From positions 2,852,001 to 2,916,000 of the forward strand of contig OZ024761.1 of the NCBI GenBank assembly GCA_964016885.1: DNA of 64,000 nucleotides. Reading direction: 5' to 3'. The position numbers and the translations under genes are program-made. Under the pieces are notes generated by a model that worked only from the letters and a program-made list of their open reading frames with translations, had not been told where the DNA came from and did not search any database. This document shows, one piece after another, positions 43,415 to 55,330 of the stretch (position 1 is its first letter; every line of letters starts with the position of its first letter). This stretch comes from Eledone cirrhosa. Its lineage: Eukaryota.

Positions 43415-43473
43415 ACTGTTATATATATTTCAGTGATAGCCATTATTCAACAGCTATTACCTCATCAGGCAGC
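43415..43473 (-). ncRNA. Type-I hammerhead ribozyme motif in a solo pLTR
   Basis: Minus: CTGC-CTGATGA-GGTAATAGC...GCTATCAC-T-GAAATATATATA-ACAG, then AATAAA. Confidence 0.75.
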
Positions 43474-43625
43474 TAGAACTTGTATAGAAAAAACAGGAAA
43501 ACAATGTTGTAATATATTTTACCTTGTTAATTCGTTGATATGTTCAGCTCCAGAGTGTGGTGTTAATTCTCTAAGGAACTGAAAGCATATATATATAATA
43601 TATATATATACTATATATATATACT

Positions 43626-43663
<38 letters not shown>

Positions 43664-44509
43664 GCTTTCTTTATTAACCACAAGGGTTTACACAAAGTAG
43701 ACATTAAGGATTTTGTATTATATATTTTGTATTAAAAAAAAAAAGAAAATGGTTATAAATGGAAGAAAATACCCTCTGTCTACACTATATAGAACAGCCA
43801 AATAACAGCAATTTCACCAACACCAGAAACTTGATACACCACATATCCCATCACACTAAATATAACAGCCAGATAACGGCAATTTTACCAGCATCATAAT
43901 AATAATTACTACTATTATTGTCTAAAATTTTTAAAAAAATGTTTAATTCCAATTTTACGGGAATATGTCAACACAATATATAATAAAAATATATATTAAA
44001 CATACGAACACAAACTCATAGATACTACATATCAGTAACCACAACGCCACCGCTGCCACCACCCCACCCCATCCATCATTGCTACCACTATCCCATCGCC
44101 GCCGCCACCACTCCTTCATTGCTACCACCACTATTCCCCTGTTAACTTGAGAGAGAAAGGGGAAGGTGGCGGTATCACTAGACAAGGGAGAGGCTAGCAA
44201 AAGATATAAATAGATTGACTTAGTGACCTGGCCACCGTCCAAACGTCAACATCAACAACTATGGGACTGCTGGCTCACCCCTTCCTCACCAACAATATAA
44301 AAAACCCCGGCACCACCACCGACATAGCCAACAACAATAACAGCCAATTACAACAAAAAGTATATTATATTATTGTAATGCACTGGGTGATTGCTGGCCT
44401 TGTGCCTGGAGTGGAGACAATTATTAATAATTTCATTCTTAAGCCACGCAATGCTCACATTAAGGAACCACTCATGATAATAACAATTTAAAAAAAGCAA
44501 CAAAAAGAA

Positions 44510-45106
44510 AACCCCGTGACCAAGAAATACTGGGATGGCGGCCGGCGGGGAATAGCCGTGTCTCTAGGGGAGAACGACCCCTCTAGTCTTGGTTGACACT
44601 CGTTCTAGAAGTGGTAACACGAAATGATTACCCCTTGGCGGATAAGGATAAAACGCGACAATATAAAGTAAATGTCTAATGATAAAATCTCATACCGGAT
44701 CGGCCGTCACCCGGGTAAAAAAGGGCCGCGTCCCTCAGAGAGGAACCAGACTGGGGTCGAAAAATCAGCTAATGGTTCAAACCTTCCCATCACTACGGAG
44801 CTGGAGACCTCCCATAACCGGAATACTCCTACTGTTGGCTCTCCATGCTCACCACCAAGAAATCCAAAGAAAAAGAGAGAAAAATTGTCAAGGGAAGATA
44901 ATAAAGAAGTCCTTGAGGCTTTCTACACTGCCAAGTACTACCCATCAAATACATCGAATACAGAACAGACATATATCAACTGGAAAAAGAAACATCCCGA
45001 AAACAGAGGCTATATTGATAGTAACAAACTAGCCAATATACGAAGAAATATTGTAAGAAAAAAGTTACTAACTGATATAGAAATTGATCAAATCATATAT
45101 ATATAG
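44510..45106 (+). mobile_element. 5' end (UTR + N-terminal ORF) of a Dong/R4-like non-LTR retrotransposon, 3'-truncated
   Basis: ORF 44672-45106 KKREKLSREDNKEVLEAFY...WKKKHPE..DSNKLANIRRNIVRKKLLTDIEIDQI resembles the R4/Dong N-terminal domain as recalled. Confidence 0.72.
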
Positions 45107-45626
45107 GTGTCTAACAAATGATTTAACATCTCTTCCTTCGTCACACACCATGCTCCCTCTCCTGTGTAATGTAATGTTGTTTGTAAAATCATTTGTTCGA
45201 CACAACAACAAATAATTGAGCAAACGGAAAAGGGCGGAGTTTGTAAGTTTTATTTTAATTTTAATTATATAGAGAACTGCAGCACATTGTTACAGGAGTT
45301 GGTATGGCGTAGTGAAGGAGGTACGTGAAGTTATTTGTTCAGCAACGTAGAAGATATAAATTCTTTTACATTTTACACGATTTAATATGAATATTCACTG
45401 CCTCTGTTTGGAAATGGACAAGCCATTTAACCACATAAGAATGTATAAAGATTATTATGCTTGCTGTTTATCTGGTGCCGACATTTTTGCAGCGTCAGTT
45501 GCGAGTCTTTTTACTGACATAATTTCAACGCATGCGTGCGAATATTTGTTATTGAGGTGTTCAGAAGGCGTGTTGTGTCCTTGGGCAAAACACTATATTT
45601 TACAATTCATATAATTTAATTCTTTG

Positions 45627-45890
45627 AATTGAGGTATCACATCTCCGATGCTCTGGCCATATGGTTAGAATGTTTCAAGAAAGAATCGCTGGATAGATTC
45701 TACAAGCAAAACCAACCGGTAGGAGACTCAGGGGTAGACCCTGAGCAAGATGGTTGGATAACATCCATGAGCTTGGCTGGTCTCGCTTGGAGACCCAAGT
45801 GGATAAGTTGGAGACGGTTGCTTTTGATAGGACCTCCTGGGGGGAGTGTTTGAGGACTCTGACCCCACGGCCCTCGTCAGGAATAAGTGG
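45627..45890 (+). mobile_element. RTE-clade LINE 3' fragment
   Basis: Colinear with 31311-31575. Confidence 0.85.
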
Positions 45891-45921
45891 GCGAAGAAGA
45901 AGAGGAAAAGGAGAAGATATC

Positions 45922-46170
45922 ATTCAATCTAATAAGCTGCCCCAAATGCGAGAGATCTGCATGGTGTGTATGTAGATGTTTTCAAGAGAGATCCCGACAT
46001 TCTACTGACCAAGGTCCCGGATGAGCCAACAGCAAGAGGTGCAGCAGAGATAAGAGCAGCAGAAACACACGTTTGTATCAATGGTCAACCAGAGAAGACT
46101 GACTATAGAAAGTGTAACTTCGGTGGCGGTGCTCCAGCATGGACTCAGTCCCTCAGCTGGAACAGATGAT
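45922..46170 (+). mobile_element. CR1/Jockey-group LINE C-terminal fragment
   Basis: NKLP..RDLHGVYVDVFKRDPDILLTKVPDEP...IRAAET. Confidence 0.72.
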
Positions 46171-46399
46171 AGAATAAGAGAATATAAAAACGCTAGAACT
46201 GCTGTTCCAAAGATGTTATGAAAGACAGCGATGGACAGAGACCAGCGTCCCGCTGTCGTCAGGGAGTCACTCCACAGGGTGGAGCGATAAGAAGATGGAA
46301 CAGGGGAAGAGATGTGAGAAAGGAGCAGGGCAAGGAAATGTGTAGAGCCACAGAGCTGTTGCTCCTGTGCAATCAAATAGCAAACAACGAGTTGTTCTT

Positions 46400-46632
46400 G
46401 TAATTGCGGCGGCAAAGTCCTAAAACACCCCTTCCAGCGGGTCCTGCCAGAAGCAACCATTTCCAACTGATCCAGTTGGACCACAAGCGAGTGATGCCAA
46501 GCTCCTGGATGTTATCCAAACAGGAGACCCAGAGTCTACATCTGGGTCTCCTGCGGGAGAAATCTGTCCAGCGATTCTTTCCTGAAACAATATAATCACA
46601 TATCCATAATATCGGAGTTGTCATCTCTCAAT
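46400..46632 (-). mobile_element. RTE-clade LINE 3' fragment
   Basis: RRRPRCRL..CLDNIQELGITRL / VQLDQLEMVASGRTRWKGCFRTLPPQ. Confidence 0.83.
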
Positions 46633-47007
46633 TTGGAAAAGTAGTTTTGTACATTGAACTACTCTCAATAAATCTATCTATATATTTATCTATGTATATA
46701 TCTATCACAATATGCATAAACCAATGTAAAAATAAAAAATAAAAATACAAACTCTACCTTTAAGATAGCGTGCTCGACTATTTGCCTACACAGGCCAATT
46801 AAGAACACATTTTTATTCACACGAGTCTCAGGCAAATCTATGATAAATGGACTAAATGAAAATGGAACAGTTTTAGGCTTCGGTTATCATCTCTGAGATA
46901 GAATCGAAATGGAATTGAAAACAAGCAAGAGAAATTCTATACAAATGAGAAATTGTATATATTAAATATTAATATGGACACACTGGAAGAGGAAGACCAA
47001 GGTTAAC

Positions 47008-47070
<63 letters not shown>

Positions 47071-47074
<4 letters not shown>

Positions 47075-47509
47075 AAAGTTTTATATAAAATTGTTGGGTT
47101 ACAACAAGTAAATATTTTATAACTGATATAAAGCACTCGACAAGTTTTGGAGTAGATATACGATATTAAACAAATGGAAACTATATTTATAAAACCATAT
47201 TTATTTCATTATACATATTTCGGGGATATCATATTAAAAATATGGCATGCATTCTTCAGATAAAATACAATATATAAACAGTTTTATAAATAATTTTGAC
47301 GTACCATAAATATTGACCAACCGTTATGTAACCAGCTTCTTACATAACGGTTGGTCAATATTTATGGTACGTCAAAATTATTTATAAAACTGTTTATATA
47401 TTGTATTTTATCTGAAGAAGGCATGCCATATTTTTAATATGGTATCCCCGAAATATGTATAATGAAATAAATATGGTTTTATAAATATAGTTTCCATTTG
47501 TTTAATATC

Positions 47510-47514
<5 letters not shown>
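47071..47514. mobile_element. Palindromic pLTR (family A) with two opposed hammerheads, flanked by (TA)n on both sides
   Basis: Arms ~47157-47331 and 47340-47514, 8-nt loop CCAGCTTC; CTGAAGA at 47412 (+) and its mirror at ~47253-47259 (-). Confidence 0.88.
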
Positions 47515-47580
<66 letters not shown>

Positions 47581-47584
<4 letters not shown>

Positions 47585-48876
47585 TATGTATACGTACATG
47601 CATATATGTGTACAGACGCACGGTAGTATGTATATATATACATACATGCACACACATATATATATATCTACGTATAGGTTTACCGAACATTTATTATAAT
47701 GTTCGGTTTGTTTGTAAACAAACAGCCCGAATTACGCCGTACAGTGCTCGGCAACCATCGTCGCCCTTTTGTTCAAAATTGACACAGGAACGATGAACTA
47801 GTTTCAAGCTTATTAGCTATCGTCACCATCGTATACCTTTCTGTCAGATGATTGAACGTCTGAAAGTATATACTTTCCTTATGCATATTAACGGCTGAGC
47901 AGCTTAATTTGCATATCGAGTGAGTTAGTCCGCCGGGCACACCGAAAACGATAAATGGAAAAGAATGAAACGAAGTTTCATTTATCACTCTTAGTACGGC
48001 TGATACCTAAATATAAGTATGTATACGTACATACACATATGTGTACAGACGCACAGTAGTATGTATATATATATATATACATGCACACACATATATATAT
48101 ATGTATGTATGGGTTTACCGAACATTTATTATAATGTTCGGTTTGTTTGTAAACAAACAGCCCGGATAACGCCGTACAGTGCTCGGCAACCATCGTCACC
48201 CTTTTGTTCAACACTGACACAGGAATGATGTACTAGTTTCAAGCTAATAAGCTTATTAGCTTGAAATATTCGGTAAACCCATACGTACATATATATATAT
48301 ATATATGTGTGCATGTATGTATATATAAACATACTACTGTGCGTCTGTACACATATATGTATGTACGTATACATACTTATATTTAGGTATCAGCCGTACT
48401 AAGAGTGAGAAATGAAATTTCGTTTCATTCTTTTCCATTAATCGTTTTCGGTACGCCCGGCCGACTAACTCACTCGATATGCAAATTAGGCTGCTCAGCC
48501 GTTAATATGCATAAGGAAAGTACATACTTTCAGACGTTCAATCATCTGACAGAAAGGTATACGATGCTGACGATAGTTAATATGCTTGAAACTAGTACAT
48601 CGTTCCTGTGTACATCGTTCCTGTTGAACAAAAGGGCGACGATGGTTGCCGAGCACTGTACGGCGTAATTCGGGTTGTTTGTTTACGAACAAACCGAACA
48701 TTATAATAAATGTTCGGTAACCCCATACGTACATATATATATATATATATGTGTGTGCATGTATGTATATATATACATACTTTTGTGCGTCTGTACACAT
48801 ATATGTATGTACGTATACATACTATGTATTTAGGTATCAGCCGTACTAAGAGTGAGAAAAGAAATTTCGTTTCATT

Positions 48877-48880
<4 letters not shown>
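47581..48880. mobile_element. Non-coding ~435-bp tandem repeat with hammerhead ribozyme (non-LTR retrozyme-like); ~1.5 units minus, then ~1.4 units plus
   Basis: TAAGTATGTATACG recurs at 47581 and 48014; orientation flips at 48237-48266; bounded by (TA)n tracts. Confidence 0.8.
48561..48603 (+). ncRNA. Minimal type-I hammerhead ribozyme, intact core
   Basis: ACGATG-CTGACGA-TAGTTAATATGCTT-GAAAC-TA-GTA-CATCGT; 6-bp stem I; predicted cleavage after 48597. Confidence 0.85.
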
Positions 48881-48958
<78 letters not shown>

Positions 48959-48979
48959 ATACTTTGGGAGGGTCATGTC

Positions 48980-49437
48980 ATCTACGACTTCAGTTATACC
49001 ATTTACGTGGTTTTGTCTTTGCGTGCAATTGTTCTCGCCGCTCCACATATGACGTAATATCTTCGTTTTTTTCGTTCATTGCTGGAGAACGTCTCGATGA
49101 ACCACCTAATAGAATATTAGTCTACGACTTCTTTTATACCATAAACGTGGTTCTGTCTTTGCGTGTAATTGTTTTTCACCGCTCCAAATAATGACGTATT
49201 ATATTCGTTTTTTCTTTGCTTTTCATCCTTACGGGGTCGATAAAACAAAGTACTAGTAATGTACTGGATAATTGCTGGCCTTGTGCCTAAAGTAGAAACA
49301 ATCATATTCGTTTTTTCCAGTTCTTTGCCAGGGAACGTTACCACGAACGAAAGTATCGTCTTCCTGTCTTCCTCCGGTTGCAACGTTTTTTGAAATATTC
49401 ACTTCTGCGTTCACAGATTGACTTTGTTAGTTTCAGT
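48980..49437 (+). repeat. Unclassified repeat family copy with ~140-bp internal duplication and a SINE fragment inserted at ~49220-49305
   Basis: TCTACGACTTC..TATACCAT..ACGTGGTT at 48981 and ~49122; homologous to 12375-12590 (-). Confidence 0.75.
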
Positions 49438-52005
49438 TGTCTAACATTTGCCTATCTACAGTTGTCTAACAGTTGTCTATCTAGAGTTGTCTATCAACAA
49501 TTGTCTAACAGTTGTCTATCTACAGTTGTCTATCTACAGTTGTCTATCTACAGTTGTCTAACAGTTGTCTACCTACAGTTGTGTATCTACAGTTGTCTAT
49601 CTACAGTTGTCTATCTACTGTTGTCTATCTACAGTTGTCTATCTACAGTTGTCTATCTACAGTTATCTAACAGCTGTGTATCTACAGTTGTCTATCTACA
49701 GTTGTCTATCTAGAGTTGTCTAACAGTTGTCTATCTACAGTTGTCTACCAACAGTTGTTTATCTACTGTTGTCTAACAGTTGTCTATCTACAGTTATCTA
49801 TCTACAATTGTCTATCTACAATTGTCTATCTACAGTTGTCTATCTACAGTTTTCTATCTACATTTGTCTATCTACAGTTGTCTATCTACGATTGTCTAAC
49901 AGCTTTCTATCTACAGTTATCTACCTACAGTTGTCTATCTACAGTTGTCTAACTGTTGTCTATCTACAGTTGTCTATCAACAATTGGCTAACAGTTGTCT
50001 ATCAACAGTTGTCTATCTACAGTTGTCTATCTACAATTGTCTATCTACAGTTAACTAACTACAGTTCTCTATCTACAGTTGTCTATCTACAGTTGATATC
50101 TACAGTTTTCTATCTACAGTTGTCTAACAGTTGTCTATCTACAGTTGTCTATCTACAATTTTCTATCAACAGTTGTCTATCTACAGTTGTCTTACAGTTG
50201 TCTATCTACAGTTGTCTATCTACTGTTGTCTAACAGTTGTCTATCTACAGTTTTATATCTACTGTTGTATAACAGTTGTCTATCTACAGTTGTCTAACTA
50301 GAGTTGTCTATCTACATTTGTCTAACAGTTATGTATCTACAGTTGTCTTACAGTTGTATATTTACAGTTGTCTATCAACAGTTGTCTAACAGTTGTCAAT
50401 CAACAGCTGTCTATCTACAATGGTCTAACAGTTGTCTACCTACAGTTGTCTACCTACAGTTGTCTATCTACAGTTGTCTATCTACTGTTGTCTATCTACA
50501 GTTGTCTATCTACAGTTTTCTATCTACAGTTGTCTAACAGTTGTGTATCTACAGTTGTCTATCTACAGTTGTCTATCTACAGTTGTCTAACAGTTCTCTA
50601 TCTACAGTTGTCTACCTACAGTTGTCTATCTACAGTTGTCTAACAGTTGTCTACCTACAGTTGTCTATCTACAGTTGTCTATCTACAGTTGTCTATCTAC
50701 CGTTGTCTATCTACTGTTGTATATCTACAGTTGTCTATCTACAGTTGTCTATCTACAGTTGTCTAACAGTTGTATATCTACAGTTGTCTATCTACAGTTG
50801 TCTATCTACAGTTGTCTATCTAGAGTTGTCTAACAGTTGTCTATTTACAGTTGTCTACCAACAGTTGTTTATATACTGTTGTCTAACATTTGTCTATCTA
50901 CAGTTGTCTATCTACAATTGTCTATCTACAATTGTCTATCTTCAGTTGTCTATCTACAGTTTTCTATCTACAGTTGTCTATCTACAGTTGTCTATCTACG
51001 ATTGTCTAACAGCTTTCTATCTACAGTTATCTACCTACAGTTGTCCTTCTACAGTTGTCTAACTATTGTCTATCTACAGTTGTCTATCAACAATTGGCTA
51101 ACAGTTGTCTATCAACAGTTGTCTATCTACAGTTGTCTATCTACAATTGTCTATCTACAGTTAACTATCTACAGTTCTCTATCTACAGTTCTCTATCTAC
51201 AGTTGTCTATCTACAGTTGATATCTACAGTTTTCTATCTACAGTTGTCTATCTACAGTTGTCTAACAGTTGTCTATCTACAGTTGTCTATCTACAGTTGT
51301 CTATCTACAGTTGATATCTACAGTTTTCTATCTACAGTTGTCTATCTACAGTTGTCTAACAGTTGTCTATCTGCAGTTGTCTATCTACAGTTGTCTATCT
51401 ACAGTTGCCTAACTACAGTTGTCTAACAGTTGTCTATCTAAAGTTGTCTATCTACAATTGTCTATCAACAGTTGTCTATCTACAGTTGTCTAACAGTTGT
51501 CTATCTACAGTTGTCTATCTACAGTTGTCTATCTACAGTTGATATCTACAGTTTTCTATCTACAGTTGTCTATCTACAGTTGTCTAACAGTTGTCTATCT
51601 GCAGTTGTCTATCTACAGTTGTCTATCTACAGTTGCCTAACTACAGTTGTCTAACAGTTGTCTATCTAAAGTTGTCTATCTACAATTGTCTATCAACAGT
51701 TGTCTATCTACAGTTGTCTAACAGTTGTCTATCTACAGTTGTCTATCTATAGTTGTCTATCTACAGTTGTCTATCTACACTTGCCTATCTACAGTTGGCT
51801 ATCTACAGTTGTCTAACAGTTGTCTATATACAGTTGTCCATCTACAGTTGTCTAACAGTTGTCTATCTACAGTTGTCTAACATTTGTCTATATACAGTTG
51901 TCTCTCAACAGTTGTCTATCTACAGTTGCCTGTATACATTTGTCTATCAACAGTTGTCTAACAACAGTTGTCTAATATTTGTTTATCTACAGTTGTCTAT
52001 CATGT
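49433..52005. repeat. Satellite of 14-bp (CAGTTGTCTATCTA) and 10-bp (CAGTTGTCTAA-type) units
   Basis: Direct periodicity. Confidence 0.95.
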
Positions 52006-52214
52006 CTAACAGATACCTGTATTTAATAACGTGGGTGTCGGCACCATTTATTTGTGTAGATTTATTGTTTATCTAATTCAATATCTCCCATTATTGATTC
52101 TCGTTCTGACTATATGAAATCGATGTCTACATAAACTTTATTGCATACATTGAAGTCGCGTGGCTTTTAGGTTAGTGTGTATTTTATTTGGTGCTTTTCA
52201 TCGGGGTATCGTCA

Positions 52215-52737
52215 CTTCCGGGAGAGATTTAGTGCGACACAGAGTTCGACAAGGCTGGCCTTTCGAATTAACAGGAGCAACTCATTATTTTCGCCACCTG
52301 TTCAAGGACACAATGGACTGAAGTAACGTGAAATAAAGTGTCTTGTTCAAGGACACAGTGGACAGGAGCAACGTGGAATAAAGTGTCTTGCTTAAGGACA
52401 CGGTGGACAGGAGCAACGCGGAATATAGTGTCTTGCTCAAGAACACGGTGGACTGGAGCAACCTGGAATAAAGTGAATTGTTCAAGGACTTAGTGGAAGG
52501 GAGCAACATGATATAAAGTGTCTTGCTTAAGAACACAGTGGTCTGAAGCAACCTGAAATAAAGTGTCTCGCTTAAGAACATAGTGGTCTTAAGAAACGTG
52601 AAATAAAGTGTCATGCTCAAGGACACAGTAGACTGGGCAACGTGAAATACAGTGAATTGTTCAAGGACACAGTAGACTGGGGCAACGTGAAATACAGTGA
52701 ATTGTTCAAGGACACAATGGACTGGAGCAACGTGAAC
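52215..52737 (-). mobile_element. CORE-type SINE whose 45-bp core segment is amplified ~10 times (52300-52737)
   Basis: Unit GTTCAAGGACACAGTGGACTGGAGCAACGTGAAATAAAGTGTCTT is the reverse complement of the SINE core at ~54640-54680. Confidence 0.82.
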
Positions 52738-52812
52738 TCTGTCCTGCGATTCTTTACTGAGACATTTTAACCAGATGCCCATAACATTGTATCTGTGCTC
52801 TCTCAATTCGGA
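52738..52812 (-). mobile_element. Short RTE fragment (the same segment that is amplified at 30412-31375)
   Basis: Minus: AATTGAGAGAGCACAGATACAATGTTATGGGCATCTGGTTAAAATGTCTCAGTAAAGAATCGCAGGACAG. Confidence 0.72.
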
Positions 52813-53159
52813 GAGAGTTGCGGCCCTACCTGGATCGACTCTCTTATCTCCGAACTACACACTAACCCCTTTCCTCTATTCACCACTTGAAAACCCGGTG
52901 TTATGGGAGTTATATTCTCCACAAGAGAAGTGTCAGGAAGCGGTATTAAACCGAGAGAGGGATTAACTTTATCTCCTGTCTTAGATATTATGATCAAGTT
53001 CCAAATTTTTCAATTATTTATTCCTATTGTGTGCCCATAGGTGATTTTATATCATATGTTTGTTGTAACTGCATTTACTGTGAATATATGCAATTACCTG
53101 ACGGTAAGAGGATTATATCATTCGTTGAGTGAAGGAAAACAACGGTATATATATATATA

Positions 53160-53285
53160 TGATGATTTCTAATGAATGAAACAGTTCTAGTCCTGTAGAA
53201 TCTCATCTATATTAAAACTTTTATACTCTGCTATGTATTGAGTACCTTACTTACTGTGGTTACCTCCGATTCAACCCGGAATAAC
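53160..53285 (+). mobile_element. pLTR fragment with 5'-clipped hammerhead (related piece at 23283-23330)
   Basis: GATGA-TTTC-TAAT-GAAT-GAAACAGTTCTAGTCCTGTAGAA between (TA)n tracts. Confidence 0.6.
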
Positions 53286-53336
<51 letters not shown>

Positions 53337-53343
53337 CACACAT

Positions 53344-53377
<34 letters not shown>

Positions 53378-53428
53378 TTATAAAACCATAATTATTTTAT
53401 ACATATATATACACATGCATTGACACAA

Positions 53429-53473
<45 letters not shown>

Positions 53474-53552
53474 GATAAATTTACCAAGAGTTTACGGTAG
53501 TGTCCAATCCAGACCTGTAATTTTGAATTGTTGTTATTATCAATAAATATAT

Positions 53553-53706
53553 TTCATTATTTCTGAAGACGGCATATATATGAGTTGGTATGTATATTTA
53601 ATTTTGATAGTTTGTATAATTTTGTATAATTTTGTACATAGATCTGTTAAATATGCATGCCAATTCTAACACATATATATCCCAGAAACGATCGTTAAAT
53701 AATGAA
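53553..53706 (+). ncRNA. Type-I hammerhead ribozyme with 10-bp stem I and long stem II
   Basis: TTCATTATTT-CTGAAGA-CGG...CCA-GAAAC-GATC-GTT-AAATAATGAA. Confidence 0.82.
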
Positions 53707-53760
53707 CTTTTTTTGTTTAATATAAGGAACTGTTTCATTGTTTTATTCATTATTTTTTTA

Positions 53761-53836
<76 letters not shown>

Positions 53837-53869
53837 CATATATATATATGAATATATATATATACACAT

Positions 53870-53958
<89 letters not shown>

Positions 53959-54244
53959 CATACATATATATGAATGTATGCATGTGTGCACGTATGTATG
54001 TATATATATATATAAAACCGGTAACAATAATAGCATGCAAGGATGATATATATTCCTCGTAAATGAGAAATATATATCTATTTATTGGTGACTGCTCTGA
54101 CTGTGTTGTGTTAAAATACAGAATAATGTCTCTTTTCTACCCCAGCTGTCATATACAATCTGAGGGTACACGGTTGACATGCGTGCAACATTTGACTCAA
54201 AAGCTGACCCTTCCCAAAGCTGCTCTTATTATCAACAACACAAT

Positions 54245-54390
54245 GACGCTGGATTGGCGGAATCGGTAGAGCGCCGGACAAAATAACTTGCAGTATTTAG
54301 TTCTAGCTCTGGTTATGTACCTTCCGAGTTCAAATCCTGTCCAGGTCAACTTTGCCTTTCATCTATTCGAGGTCGATAAAAGAAGTACCT
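54245..54390 (+). mobile_element. tRNA-derived SINE (MetaSINE-like)
   Basis: TGGCGGAATCGGTAGAGCG, GAGTTCAAATCC, CTTTGCCTTTCATCTATTCGAGGTCGATAAA. Confidence 0.82.
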
Positions 54391-54574
54391 TTCTCTGAAA
54401 GTAAACTGCTGTACTGAGGCCTGGAGGGGAGATGGGCCCCGCCAGGCTTAATGACCAAGAAACGTTGTATGTCAATATGGCGCCCCTAAGACTCTATCAG
54501 GAGTTACATGACCAGACCAGACCAGACCAGATATATATTCACATGACTAATTTACGACCAAGTACAATGTGACG

Positions 54575-54890
54575 GTGTCTGGCTTCGTGGTTAGCGTCTT
54601 TGACTCTCGATTGCAAGAGTTCGATTCCTGGCAGCGCATTGTGTCCTTCAGCAGGACTTTTTATTACATTGCTCCAGTCCTCTCAGCTAACAAAATAAAA
54701 TAATAAAATAATAAATGAGTTGTACTTATAATTCAAAGCATCAAAATGTCACACTGAATCTCCCTGAGAATTACGTTAAATGTACACGTGCCTGTGGTGT
54801 TCTCAGCTACATTGCACATTCATTTCACGAACAGGCTGTTAAATTGATCCAACGTCAGAACAGTCATCGCCAAACCGACGGAGGCCCATT
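54575..54890 (+). mobile_element. CORE-type tRNA SINE
   Basis: TGGCTTCGTGGTTAG A box, GAGTTCGATTCC B box, TTGTGTCCTT..GCA.GAC.TTT core. Confidence 0.82.
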
Positions 54891-55039
54891 TCACTGTTCT
54901 ATTAATGCAAGGAAACAAAATGGACAAAGGACAAAAGTAGTAGTTGTGGCATTTATGAATGAAATTAGATGAAGACTCATCATCGAAACTGACGGATGTC
55001 CCACCACAATAACTACATACAGTGGCTAATCCTTGTCAA

Positions 55040-55330
55040 CGTGTGATTTGAACTTAGGGCGCAGAGAATGGGACGGAATACTGTAGGCCATTCTAGCTGA
55101 CGTTCTAACCACTCTACCATTCTATCTGACGTTCTAACCACTCTACCATTCTATCTGACGTTCTCACCACTCTATTATTCTATCTGACGTTCTAACGAAT
55201 CTACCATTCTATCTGACGTTCTAACCACTCTACCATTCTATCTGACGTTCTAACCCCTCTACCATTCTATCAGACGTTCTAACCACTCTACCATTCTATC
55301 AGACGTTCTAACCACTCTACGATTCTATCA
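55040..55330 (-). mobile_element. SINE head with its 29-bp A-box segment amplified ~8 times
   Basis: Unit ATTCTATCTGACGTTCTAACCACTCTACC follows reversed B box GATTTGAACT and GGAATACTGTAGGCCATT. Confidence 0.72.

Noticed and set aside
49378-52076. LSTVVYLQLS ORFs
   Set aside because: Translations of a 14-bp satellite in shifting frames.
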